IMG/VR virus record: IMGVR_UViG_3300048834_000246
Span: 3,969-67,968 of that record
Reading direction: 5' to 3' (one strand)
Source of the DNA: a virus
DNA: 64,000 nt
Under the pieces are notes generated by a model. That model saw only the letters and a list, made by a program, of their open reading frames with translations. It made no database searches and had not been told where the DNA came from. A program made the translations under genes and the position numbers. Shown piece after piece: positions 1 to 7,259 of this stretch. The first letter of the stretch is position 1, and every line of letters starts with the position of its first letter.

Positions 1-1
1 G

Positions 2-256
2 GGAGTTGCCCTAACCGGCGCAACTATTTCTCTGTCTTCAAACGTTATTACGTGGGACATTGGTGATGTATCCGTTGGATCGGTTACGGCAACTGGTATT
101 CGAAATATCCACATTGTTGACAAAACAAGCGGAAACGCAGCAACAAACCCGCTTATTATGTTTTGCACCCTCGATGGGGATATTAGTCCAAGTGCCGGTA
201 CTCTCGCAGTAACGATTAACGCCGCTGGTGTTTTCACACTTGATTTGGCTCCGTAG
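2..256 (+). CDS. 3' part of a virion/fibre-associated protein (truncated by window edge)
   Basis: Frame 2 is open from the window start to TAG at 254-256 (GVALTGATISLSSNVITWDIGDV...INAAGVFTLDLAP); beta-rich, virion-like composition. Confidence 0.7.
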   Translation, partial: GVALTGATISLSSNVITWDIGDVSVGSVTATGIRNIHIVDKTSGNAATNPLIMFCTLDGDISPSAGTLAVTINAAGVFTLDLAP

Positions 257-258
257 TA

Positions 259-531
259 GTGAGTCAGCGCACCGACACCTACGACGACAAATACGGCGCG
301 GTGGTCACAAGCCGCACCGGAGAGGTTACGGTCACGGTGGACACAATCACCGTGACCGAACCTCGTCGTGCCGGATGGGAAGCGTCGGACGAGCAACGGG
401 CGCTGTTCATCGCACTGGAAACAGCCAAGAGCACCGAGAACCGCAAGGATGCGCGGCTGGCCGCGAAGCACACCTACTGGACTAATGAGCGGTTACGACT
501 GCGGCAACGGGACACGCGAGGCGCACGCTAA
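259..531 (+). CDS. hypothetical protein (90 aa)
   Basis: Fills the gap between flanking genes; its TAA overlaps the ATG of the next gene (TAATG). Confidence 0.65.
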   Translation: MSQRTDTYDDKYGAVVTSRTGEVTVTVDTITVTEPRRAGWEASDEQRALFIALETAKSTENRKDARLAAKHTYWTNERLRLRQRDTRGAR

Positions 532-3500
532 TGGCTCCGGTGACGATTGCGGCGGGCGACAAGAACGCCTACTACGCATCGGGTGATGTAGGCTGGTCAG
601 CTCGGTCGGTCTTTGCGTATCACGGCGTTCTGAATCAACTTGCCGCAAACACGAATATGTCTCTTGCCTCGACTGTAGCGCAAGAGTATGTATCGACGGG
701 CATCACGCCCTCGTCGGCGTTCGATCTCAAATACCTACGTATTGCACTAAGTAAAGTAGGCTCTCCCACAGACTACGTGTATGTTGAGGTGCGATCAGAC
801 GACGGGAGCGACAAGCCGGGATCGACGGTTCTCGCAACGTCGGATCAGGTCAGTTGCGCAAGTCTTACGACCACAGGGACGTGGCGAACCTTTACCTTCC
901 CGACAGCAGTAGCGCTCAGTGCTTCGACGAAGTATTGGTTGGTTGCAAGGCGCACAGGGGCAGTTGACTCGGCGAACTACCCTCGTATCTCGTTTTCGTC
1001 GCTGAGTTCATACGGTGGTGGTGCGTCTTATTACAACTCGTCGACCGGACTATGGACTGGGGCGAATTTAGCTTGGGACTGGGCATGGCAGTTGCTACAG
1101 GAACATCCCGTTTCCCTCTACGCGGTCACACAAGACACGAGTTTGCACGTTTGGAAAAGCACCGATGACGGCGCGACGTGGGGTGAACAGGACGCAGCCG
1201 ACGCCCCGAGCGTAACCAACGCCAACTACCCGTTCGACGCCACCGATACCCGCGCTGGACCGTTTATCATCACCGCCCGTATGACCGGCACGAACACCGC
1301 CGCCGTGCGCGTGTTCAACATGAGTACCGACCAGTGGGACGCCGCTGATTACGGAGTCACGCCACCTTCGACGGTGAGCAACGAACGCAACATCCGGGTT
1401 GACAACCTCAATGCGTTCACGGCGGTGGGGAACGCCGCGATAACGCTGCATTACACCGACTCTGCTGACGATGCCGACATTGGTTATCAGCGGGTGACCG
1501 CAGCCGGGAACGCGTGGGGTTCGAAAGCCTCGGTCCTTTCGATTACTAGTGGCGAAGCCTCCCTTGTCGCCGACACAGTGATGGACCAGACGTCGCCCGG
1601 CTTCCTTCATCGATTCTTTTACGACTGCGCGAACGACGATTTCTCGCACCGCTCTCTCGTTACGACCACGCAGGGCACGCAGGTCGATATTGATACGACG
1701 GCTGCGGCCACGGACACCAAGCACGCCAGCGCCACGTATCAGCCATACCTGTCGTCCGGTGTCACGACGGTTGTCGCCGCCTACATCGACAGCGACGATA
1801 CCATCCGGGAGCGCATCTGTAGCCTCGATGTGACCAGCGCGTCCGTGACGATGGCGTCTGAGGCGCAGATTAGTGCCGCGACCACGACGGCGGGGCGGCA
1901 GCTCTCGACGTGTCGTTACGGGACCACGAACTACGCCGTTGTTGCCGTCTCGGGTACAGGCATCAGTTATCACACGTCCACTGTTGCTGGAACGTGGAGC
2001 AGTGCGACCGCGTGGAAAACGGGTCTGACGAACTGCGTGCTGAGTCGGGCGCTGGCGATCCCCGACGTGGGAGTCCTGGTCGTCTACACCGACAACGGTG
2101 ACGCGAAGATCGACTGGATCGTCGGGCCATTCGCCGGATCGGTCGATGGAATCGCAGATACCCAACCGGCCCTGCTCGAACTGACGGCACATTCCGTCAC
2201 CGCGACCGGCCAGCGCAACGAAACCGCCACCACCGAACCGGCGCTCCTGGAGTTCACCGGCCAAACCCTCGTGGCTTCAGCCGGGGCAACCGCCGCCACT
2301 GCACCCGCCCTGCTGGAGTTGACCGGCCAGTCGGTCACCGCCACCGGGCAACGCAATGAAACCGCTGCGGTCGATGAAGCGGCCCTGACGCTCACCGGGC
2401 AATCGGTGGTAGGGTCTGCGTCTGTTACGGCTGCTATTGGTCAAGCCCTCTTTAGCCTTATTGGACAAGCGGTTGAAGCAACCGGGCAAGTAAACGAAAC
2501 CGCCGTTATAGACGAGTCAGTGCTTACTCTCACTGGACAGTCCGTAGAAACGTCTGCGGGTACAACGGTAAGTATCTCCCAATCCGATTTAGCCCTAACT
2601 GGTCAATCCGTAGAAGCTACCGGTCAACGTAATGAAGACGCGGTTGTTGATTCGGCGGCGTTCGTTCTTACCGGTCAAACGGTCAATGTAACGGCAACCG
2701 TTACCGTAACGGCTGAAACAAGCGCCGCAAGCCTAACACTAACCGGTCAACCTGTGTCAGCGACCGGACAACGTAACGAAAACTCGGTGACGCTTCCAGC
2801 TACGTTAGCCATTACAGGACAAACAACGACAGCGACCGGCCAACGAAATGAAGTAGCTGAACTAACAAACGCAACAATAACCATCACCGGTCAACCGCTT
2901 ACGGCGTCGTCTGGTGTTACTGCAAGTGTTGATACGCCCACATTAGCCTTGACAGGACAAACCACTACCGCAACCGGACAGCGAAATGAAACCGCGTCTC
3001 TTGATATTGCTGCGTTCGTTCTTACGGGACAATCGGTTACAGCCACCGGTACAGCAAGCCAGGATGTAGAAACTGATCCGGCACAACTAACGCTAGTTGG
3101 TCAATCGGTAGAAGCAACCGGACAACGAAACGAGCTTGCTGACGTAGACCAATCCGTTCTGCAGCTACTCGGACAGCCCGTATCCGTTACGGCGTCTACA
3201 ACGGCAAGTATAAGCCAAGCTCCATTAATTCTTACCGGTCAGTTGGTGGACGTTAGCGGTCAACGGAATGAAACAGCAATAGTTGGTCAAAGTGCGTTCT
3301 CATTGGTGGGACACACCGTTACCGTTGAAGCTATGTCCGGGGCGAACGCCGATACAGATACCGCATCGTTCACCTTCACCGGTCAAGCCGTTGTTGCAAC
3401 CGGGCAGCGGAACGTTAGTGTAGCAACAAGCCCAACCGAATTTGTTCTCACCGGACAGCCGGTTTCGGCAACGGGACAACGAAATGAAACCGCCGAACCA

Positions 3501-3818
3501 CTACCAACGCCGTTTGTGGTTGAAGGAAAAGGCGTCGAAGTAACCGGCGAAACGAATATCCTACCTCTCACCGGCTCTTTTACCTTAACAGGACTCTCGG
3601 TAGTTGCGACCGGGGAAATGGTCGTTACGGACGTAACCCTGGTCGGTCAGGTAGCTGTCTATCCGTACTTTAGGGGATCGGTTGATGTAGAACCTGAGCT
3701 GTCTTCTATAGTAACTATTACAACGGAACTTGAAGGAGCCGTGTCTGTAACATCGGAATTTTTAGCAACAGTCAGCGTAGAACCTGTGCTAGTGGCGAGT
3801 ATGGAGATTGAACCATGA
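531..3818 (+). CDS. large virion fibre/adhesin-like protein with C-terminal LTGQxVxATGQRNE repeats
   Basis: 1095 aa, T/A/S/G/V-rich; N-terminal carbohydrate-binding-like region, a BNR-like motif (KSTDDGATW), and more than 20 repeats of about 20 aa. Confidence 0.7.
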   Translation: MAPVTIAAGDKNAYYASGDVGWSARSVFAYHGVLNQLAANTNMSLASTVAQEYVSTGITPSSAFDLKYLRIALSKVGSPTDYVYVEVRSDDGSDKPGSTVLATSDQVSCASLTTTGTWRTFTFPTAVALSASTKYWLVARRTGAVDSANYPRISFSSLSSYGGGASYYNSSTGLWTGANLAWDWAWQLLQEHPVSLYAVTQDTSLHVWKSTDDGATWGEQDAADAPSVTNANYPFDATDTRAGPFIITARMTGTNTAAVRVFNMSTDQWDAADYGVTPPSTVSNERNIRVDNLNAFTAVGNAAITLHYTDSADDADIGYQRVTAAGNAWGSKASVLSITSGEASLVADTVMDQTSPGFLHRFFYDCANDDFSHRSLVTTTQGTQVDIDTTAAATDTKHASATYQPYLSSGVTTVVAAYIDSDDTIRERICSLDVTSASVTMASEAQISAATTTAGRQLSTCRYGTTNYAVVAVSGTGISYHTSTVAGTWSSATAWKTGLTNCVLSRALAIPDVGVLVVYTDNGDAKIDWIVGPFAGSVDGIADTQPALLELTAHSVTATGQRNETATTEPALLEFTGQTLVASAGATAATAPALLELTGQSVTATGQRNETAAVDEAALTLTGQSVVGSASVTAAIGQALFSLIGQAVEATGQVNETAVIDESVLTLTGQSVETSAGTTVSISQSDLALTGQSVEATGQRNEDAVVDSAAFVLTGQTVNVTATVTVTAETSAASLTLTGQPVSATGQRNENSVTLPATLAITGQTTTATGQRNEVAELTNATITITGQPLTASSGVTASVDTPTLALTGQTTTATGQRNETASLDIAAFVLTGQSVTATGTASQDVETDPAQLTLVGQSVEATGQRNELADVDQSVLQLLGQPVSVTASTTASISQAPLILTGQLVDVSGQRNETAIVGQSAFSLVGHTVTVEAMSGANADTDTASFTFTGQAVVATGQRNVSVATSPTEFVLTGQPVSATGQRNETAEPLPTPFVVEGKGVEVTGETNILPLTGSFTLTGLSVVATGEMVVTDVTLVGQVAVYPYFRGSVDVEPELSSIVTITTELEGAVSVTSEFLATVSVEPVLVASMEIEP

Positions 3819-4123
3819 AATTATACCCAGGAATGACGGTAAGCCTGTGGCTTAACGGTTTAGCACCGGTCTTCGGTGGAGATAGTCTTGACCTTAATGA
3901 GGTAGATGTGACGTTTGCAATTGCCGATAGTGAGGATACTATTGTTGTTGCGTCCGGAGTCGCTACCCAAATCGGAGAATCGTTTCGTCGGATTGTGACC
4001 CTTCCTAGTTCTCCCGGTAGGTACGTTGTATTGACTCGGGCTGTGTCCGGAACGTCGGTGTATCGGTCAGCAACAGATATTCGTATCTTACCTGCGGCGG
4101 ACGAAATCGTAGAAAACCCTTGA
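3815..4123 (+). CDS. small Ig-like virion protein (paralog of 14132-14458)
   Basis: ATGA overlap with the previous gene; shared TF..D...T....LTLP...G.Y pattern with 14132-14458. Confidence 0.65.
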   Translation: MKLYPGMTVSLWLNGLAPVFGGDSLDLNEVDVTFAIADSEDTIVVASGVATQIGESFRRIVTLPSSPGRYVVLTRAVSGTSVYRSATDIRILPAADEIVENP

Positions 4124-4148
4124 CAGCAATGGAATAGGTGTGTATACT
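4120..4148 (+). promoter_or_regulatory. sigma70-type promoter of the tRNA/ncRNA operon
   Basis: TTGACA-17 bp-TATACT directly upstream of the RNA array. Confidence 0.85.
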
Positions 4149-4225
4149 ATGAATGTTGGACGAGGATGTTTCCTCCTTTCTGCCTCGCACAACATGACTC
4201 GGGCGGTGGCAAGCCGTCCGATCAC

Positions 4226-4300
4226 AGTCCTTTCGCCAAGCGGTAAGGCATCGGGTTTACATCCCGACATTCAGAGGTTCGAATCCTCTAAGGACTACCA
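4226..4300 (+). tRNA. tRNA-Val(TAC)
   Basis: AGTCCTT/AAGGACT acceptor stem, loop TTTACAT, TTCGAAT T-loop, encoded ACCA. Confidence 0.85.
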
Positions 4301-4463
4301 GCTTTCAGGGTGCTTGCACTCGCCGTAAGATATAGGCGCTAAAACTATCTTCTGGTAAAGTTCACCAGGCTGTTCAGTCTGTACGAGACGGCAAGAGCTT
4401 ACATAGCTTCGAGCCTAGATAGCTAGGCGGTACAGAGTTCGTTAGAATTACAAACTCGAAGCT
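4301..4463 (+). ncRNA. candidate pseudoknotted structured RNA
   Basis: CGCC/GGCG with AAGATA/TATCTT (H-type pseudoknot); GCTGT/ACGGC with TCTGTAC/GTACAGA; hairpins CTGGT/ACCAG and GCCTAG/CTAGGC. Confidence 0.5.
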
Positions 4464-4469
4464 TTTCTT

Positions 4470-4552
4470 GGGGGTGACAGGTTTGCCTAACAGAAGGGTA
4501 TAAAAACTTTGCGCTGTTAGAAACTCCGGTTCGAATCCGGACACTTCCACCA
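4470..4552 (+). ncRNA. minimal tmRNA-like tRNA-like domain (no mRNA-like domain)
   Basis: GGGGGTG/CACTTCC-ACCA acceptor with G3.U70; stemless D-loop ACAGGTTTGC; helix CTAACAG/CTGTTAG; T-arm TCCGG-TTCGAAT-CCGGA. Confidence 0.75.
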
Positions 4553-4605
4553 AGCTCTACAGAGACGAAATAGAGCAAAAATCTAAAAGTCTTAGGAGTA
4601 ACAAC

Positions 4606-4779
4606 ATGGCTAGACGGAGAAAAGTAACACAGAAACAGACACAGGAAACTGTAGAAGAAACTGTAGAAGAAATTGTAGAAGAAACTGTAGAAGAAACTGT
4701 AGAAGAAACATCGCAGGAGCCTCTTGTAATGACCGCGGCGGGTCTTCAACGGATGGGTGCCCAACGTAAAACAACCTAA
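4606..4779 (+). CDS. small protein (57 aa) with a basic N-terminus and ETVE repeats
   Basis: AGGAG RBS then ATG; MARRRKVTQKQTQETVEETVEEIVEETVEETVEETS...; absent from the ORF track. Confidence 0.7.
   Translation: MARRRKVTQKQTQETVEETVEEIVEETVEETVEETSQEPLVMTAAGLQRMGAQRKTT
4645..4709 (+). repeat. 12-bp tandem repeat GAAACTGTAGAA, about 5 copies
   Basis: Visible directly; in frame within 4606-4779. Confidence 0.9.
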
Positions 4780-4796
4780 GAATTTTTTATGAAAGG

Positions 4797-5000
4797 ATGT
4801 GCGGTATAACGAACGAAGAGCGAATTGCAAATTTAGAAACAGCGTTGTACCAAGCGCTATTTGCAATTGGGTACCTTTTAGGGTATAGTTTATCTAAGGC
4901 GGAAACCGACGAAGAAAAGCAAACACTTCAAGAACAAGTTCTCGGTCGGTTTCCCCCCGCAATGCACGATGAAATTATTGCATTGTTAGTATCGGAATAA
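4797..5000 (+). CDS. hypothetical protein (67 aa)
   Basis: Plausible helical protein; its stop overlaps the 5' end of tRNA-Pro. Confidence 0.55.
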   Translation: MCGITNEERIANLETALYQALFAIGYLLGYSLSKAETDEEKQTLQEQVLGRFPPAMHDEIIALLVSE

Positions 5001-5065
5001 GGCCGAACTGGTGAGGCGCGGCGTTTGGGACGCTGAAATAGTAGGTTCGAGTCCTGCTATTCCGA
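4993..5065 (+). tRNA. tRNA-Pro(TGG)
   Basis: CGGAATA/TATTCCG stem, loop TTTGGGA, TTCGAGT T-loop. Confidence 0.9.
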
Positions 5066-5069
5066 CCGT

Positions 5070-5157
5070 GGAAAAGTGGCAGAGCGGGTGGTTGCTTTTG
5101 TCTTGAAAACAAACGTAGATGACGAATCTACCGTGGGTTCGAATCCCACCTTTTCCT
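5070..5157 (+). tRNA. tRNA-Ser(TGA)
   Basis: GGAAAAG/CTTTTCC stem, loop CTTGAAA, long variable arm. Confidence 0.9.
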
Positions 5158-5162
5158 CTTAT

Positions 5163-5236
5163 TCGGGAGTCGTCCAACGGTAAGACGAGTGACTTTGGAT
5201 CATTCTATCGGGGTTCGAATCCCTGCTCCCGATCCA
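5163..5236 (+). tRNA. tRNA-Gln(TTG)
   Basis: TCGGGAG/CTCCCGA stem, loop CTTTGGA, encoded CCA. Confidence 0.9.
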
Positions 5237-5383
5237 AGCCAAGAAAGGGTGACTCCCTTCCTACGAATGCCTAGTCAGCGACCGTAGAGTAGTGTAAAAG
5301 GCACGGGCGTTTGAACTGACCCTGAGGTAAAAAGACTACGACTTGGAAGATGCCAGACTGTAGGGTATTTAATAAGGGTCTTT

Positions 5384-5461
5384 ATCAGAGTAGTTTCTGT
5401 TGGTAGAAATCCTCCGCTGTTAACGGAGAGTGCGAAGGTTCGATCCCTTCCTCTGGTGCCA
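5384..5461 (+). tRNA. tRNA-Asn(GTT)
   Basis: ATCAGAG/CTCTGGT stem, loop CTGTTAA, GCCA end. Confidence 0.85.
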
Positions 5462-5618
5462 TGTATAGTTTGCGTGATACCATCTATGCAGTTGCCGAGT
5501 TGCAGCGGGTAAGTAGACAACCTGCAACAGATAGCGATATTATCACTAGGCGCTATCGGTCAGGGGTGGTCCCTGGGTCCGGACACGAGGCCGATTTGGT
5601 ACAAGTGATCCGGATAAA

Positions 5619-5692
5619 AATGATGATATAGTGTAATGGGAGCATAACCGTCTTTATGTCGGTAGGAGAGGTTCGAATCCTCACCATCGTTT
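5619..5692 (+). tRNA. degenerate tRNA-like gene, apparent anticodon TTA
   Basis: D-loop TAATGGGA and T-arm GAGG-TTCGAAT-CCTC; ACCG/CGGT stem around loop TCTTTATGT; irregular acceptor stem. Confidence 0.5.
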
Positions 5693-5696
5693 TCTT

Positions 5697-5780
5697 GGGC
5701 TATTGGTGAAAGTGGCATACACGGTTGGCTTAAAACCAACTTCCTTTACGGGATTGAAGGTTCGAGTCCTTCATGGCCTA
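5697..5780 (+). tRNA. tRNA-Leu(TAA)
   Basis: GGGCTAT/ATGGCCT stem, loop CTTAAAA, variable arm. Confidence 0.9.
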
Positions 5781-5795
5781 CCGAGAAAAAGCTTA

Positions 5796-5876
5796 CGGGG
5801 TATGGTGGAATAAGCAGACACGCTATCCTTAGAAGATAGTGCCTAGAGCGTACAGGTGCAAATCCTGTTACCCTGA
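5796..5876 (+). tRNA. tRNA-Leu(TAG)
   Basis: CGGGGTA/TACCCTG stem, loop CTTAGAA, variable arm. Confidence 0.85.
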
Positions 5877-5895
5877 CTAGATTTGGAGGGATTTT

Positions 5896-6297
5896 GTGCC
5901 GTACGCAGATAGGGCTGTTCAATTAGAATATCAAAAAAAGTGGATGGAAAAACGCCGAAACGATTATTTTTTGGACAAACGATGTGCGGATTGTGGCTCA
6001 AAAGAAAATTTAGAATTAGATCATGTATATAGACAAACTAAAATTACTCATAGAATTTGGTCATGGTCCAAACAACGACAAGAAGAAGAACTTGCAAAAT
6101 GTGTTGCGCGGTGCCATACTTGTCATGTAAAAAAGACGTTGGATAAAGATTTGCCACGAGCTAAGCACGGAACACGAAGTAAATATAATGCAGGTTGCAG
6201 ATGTGCTGAGTGTAGAGAAGCTCTGAGAGTAGATGTTTCTAAATGGAGAGAACAGAAAAAGACTGAGCGAATGTGTAGCACGAATCTTGTTTCATAA
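5896..6297 (+). CDS. HNH endonuclease
   Basis: CADC...LELDHV...CHTCH, plus a C-terminal HG...CRCAEC motif; GGAGG RBS. Confidence 0.85.
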   Translation: MPYADRAVQLEYQKKWMEKRRNDYFLDKRCADCGSKENLELDHVYRQTKITHRIWSWSKQRQEEELAKCVARCHTCHVKKTLDKDLPRAKHGTRSKYNAGCRCAECREALRVDVSKWREQKKTERMCSTNLVS

Positions 6298-6335
6298 GCA
6301 AGAATTTAAGGGGGCGGCACCCTTATTCGCCACCA
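6266..6335 (+). tRNA. degenerate tRNA-Met(CAT)-like gene overlapping the HNH 3' end
   Basis: GCGAAT/ATTCGC stem plus ACCA, CTTGT-TTCATAA-GCAAG anticodon arm; D-arm reduced and T-loop non-canonical. Confidence 0.5.
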
Positions 6336-6427
6336 AACTAGAGGATAATCACGACCTGCTCCGAGGATGTATGCATTAAATCCTTGTGACGTACCTCTAG
6401 CGGAGACTCTGAATCTCCGGGGTCTTT

Positions 6428-6499
6428 ATGAGTGTAGTTCAACGGAAGAACAGCGGCCTCCAAACCCGCTTGTTGAGGGTTCGAATCCTTCCACTCATG
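6428..6499 (+). tRNA. tRNA-Trp(CCA)
   Basis: ATGAGTG/CACTCAT stem, loop CTCCAAA. Confidence 0.9.
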
Positions 6500-6600
6500 C
6501 CGAAAAGCTAAACTCTTCGGGAGGTCCGTGGTTTAGGGAAGTCAGGTCGCCCCTGATGGAAGTATGAGCCTATTGCAGCGCCTCATGCGAACGGACATTT

Positions 6601-6674
6601 GGTTTTATAGCGCAATTGGATAGCGCCCCGGCTTGTCACGCCGGTGGGTACGGGTTCGAATCCCGTTAGAACCG
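6601..6674 (+). tRNA. tRNA-Asp(GTC)
   Basis: GGTTTTA/TAGAACC stem, loop TTGTCAC. Confidence 0.9.
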
Positions 6675-6680
6675 CAGAAG

Positions 6681-6776
6681 ACCCAACAGTGGAACCGTTG
6701 GTTGGGTGAGGAAGAGTACGTGGGGTGAGATTCCCACACCGAAAGGTGCAGATTGCTACTGGCGTGCGAACGGTTC
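6681..6776 (+). ncRNA. candidate permuted-tRNA-like (YrlA/Y-RNA-like) RNA
   Basis: Four-way junction of GTACG/CGTGC, a T-like arm TGGG-GTGAGAT-TCCCA, CACC-GAAA-GGTG and CAG/CTG; outer helix GAACCGTT/AACGGTTC. Confidence 0.4.
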
Positions 6777-6780
6777 ATTT

Positions 6781-6853
6781 GTTCAAGTAGCTCAGCGGAT
6801 AGAGTCACCGTCTTCTAAGCGGTCGGTCATAGGTTCGAATCCTATCTTGAACA
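6781..6853 (+). tRNA. tRNA-Arg(TCT)
   Basis: GTTCAAG/CTTGAAC stem, loop CTTCTAA. Confidence 0.9.
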
Positions 6854-6884
6854 CCGTGCGGGATTAGCTAATGAAGGGAGAAAC

Positions 6885-7259
6885 GTGTACTCTAACGAAC
6901 AAATGAATGAGTATATGAAAAATCGGTGGACGAAACGACGAGAAACCGCTATACTAAGTTTAGGTGGAGTATGTGTTTCTTGTGGAAGTACTGAAAATTT
7001 AGAATTTGACCATATTGATCCTAATACAAAAGAGTTTACTCTAGCGGCGGGATCAGGATTTTCCGAAGAACGATTCTCTAAAGAATTAGCTAAGTGTCAA
7101 CTTCTTTGTGTATCGTGCCATAAACTAAAACACAGGGCACCCCATGGAACGTTAGCTAGAAAACGAGATTGTAACTGTTCTTTGTGTAAAGAAGCTTGGA
7201 ATACGTGGAACCGAGAATATAAACGACGTAGACGACAAGCAAAAAATATCCCGTTGTAG
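6885..7259 (+). CDS. HNH endonuclease (paralog of 5896-6297)
   Basis: CVSC...LEFDHIDP...ELAKCQLLCVSCH, plus HG...CNCSLC. Confidence 0.85.
   Translation: MYSNEQMNEYMKNRWTKRRETAILSLGGVCVSCGSTENLEFDHIDPNTKEFTLAAGSGFSEERFSKELAKCQLLCVSCHKLKHRAPHGTLARKRDCNCSLCKEAWNTWNREYKRRRRQAKNIPL

Noticed and set aside
1095-2264. 389-aa reverse-strand ORF
   Set aside because: Antisense shadow of the GC-rich part of 531-3818
2160-3620. Diversity-generating retroelement template/variable repeats
   Set aside because: No reverse transcriptase is in the window, and the repeats are protein-level with synonymous divergence
4520-4552. tmRNA-like 3' end as attP only
   Set aside because: The matching 5' end and closing helix are also present, and the integrase is about 46 kb away; not excluded without a host sequence
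4423-4866. 147-aa reverse-strand ORF with FFYS repeats
   Set aside because: Antisense of the 12-bp repeat gene and RNA genes, and opposite to the operon direction
5237-5350. HDV-like (theta) ribozyme at a tRNA 3' end
   Set aside because: I could not place the nested double pseudoknot or the catalytic C junction
5619-5692. Genome-wide stop-codon reassignment
   Set aside because: Long genes are intact in code 11 and end at TAA, TAG or TGA, with coupled starts
6524-6596. Hammerhead ribozyme
   Set aside because: CTGATGG and GAAC do not match the CUGANGA/GAAA core; kept only as an unknown structure
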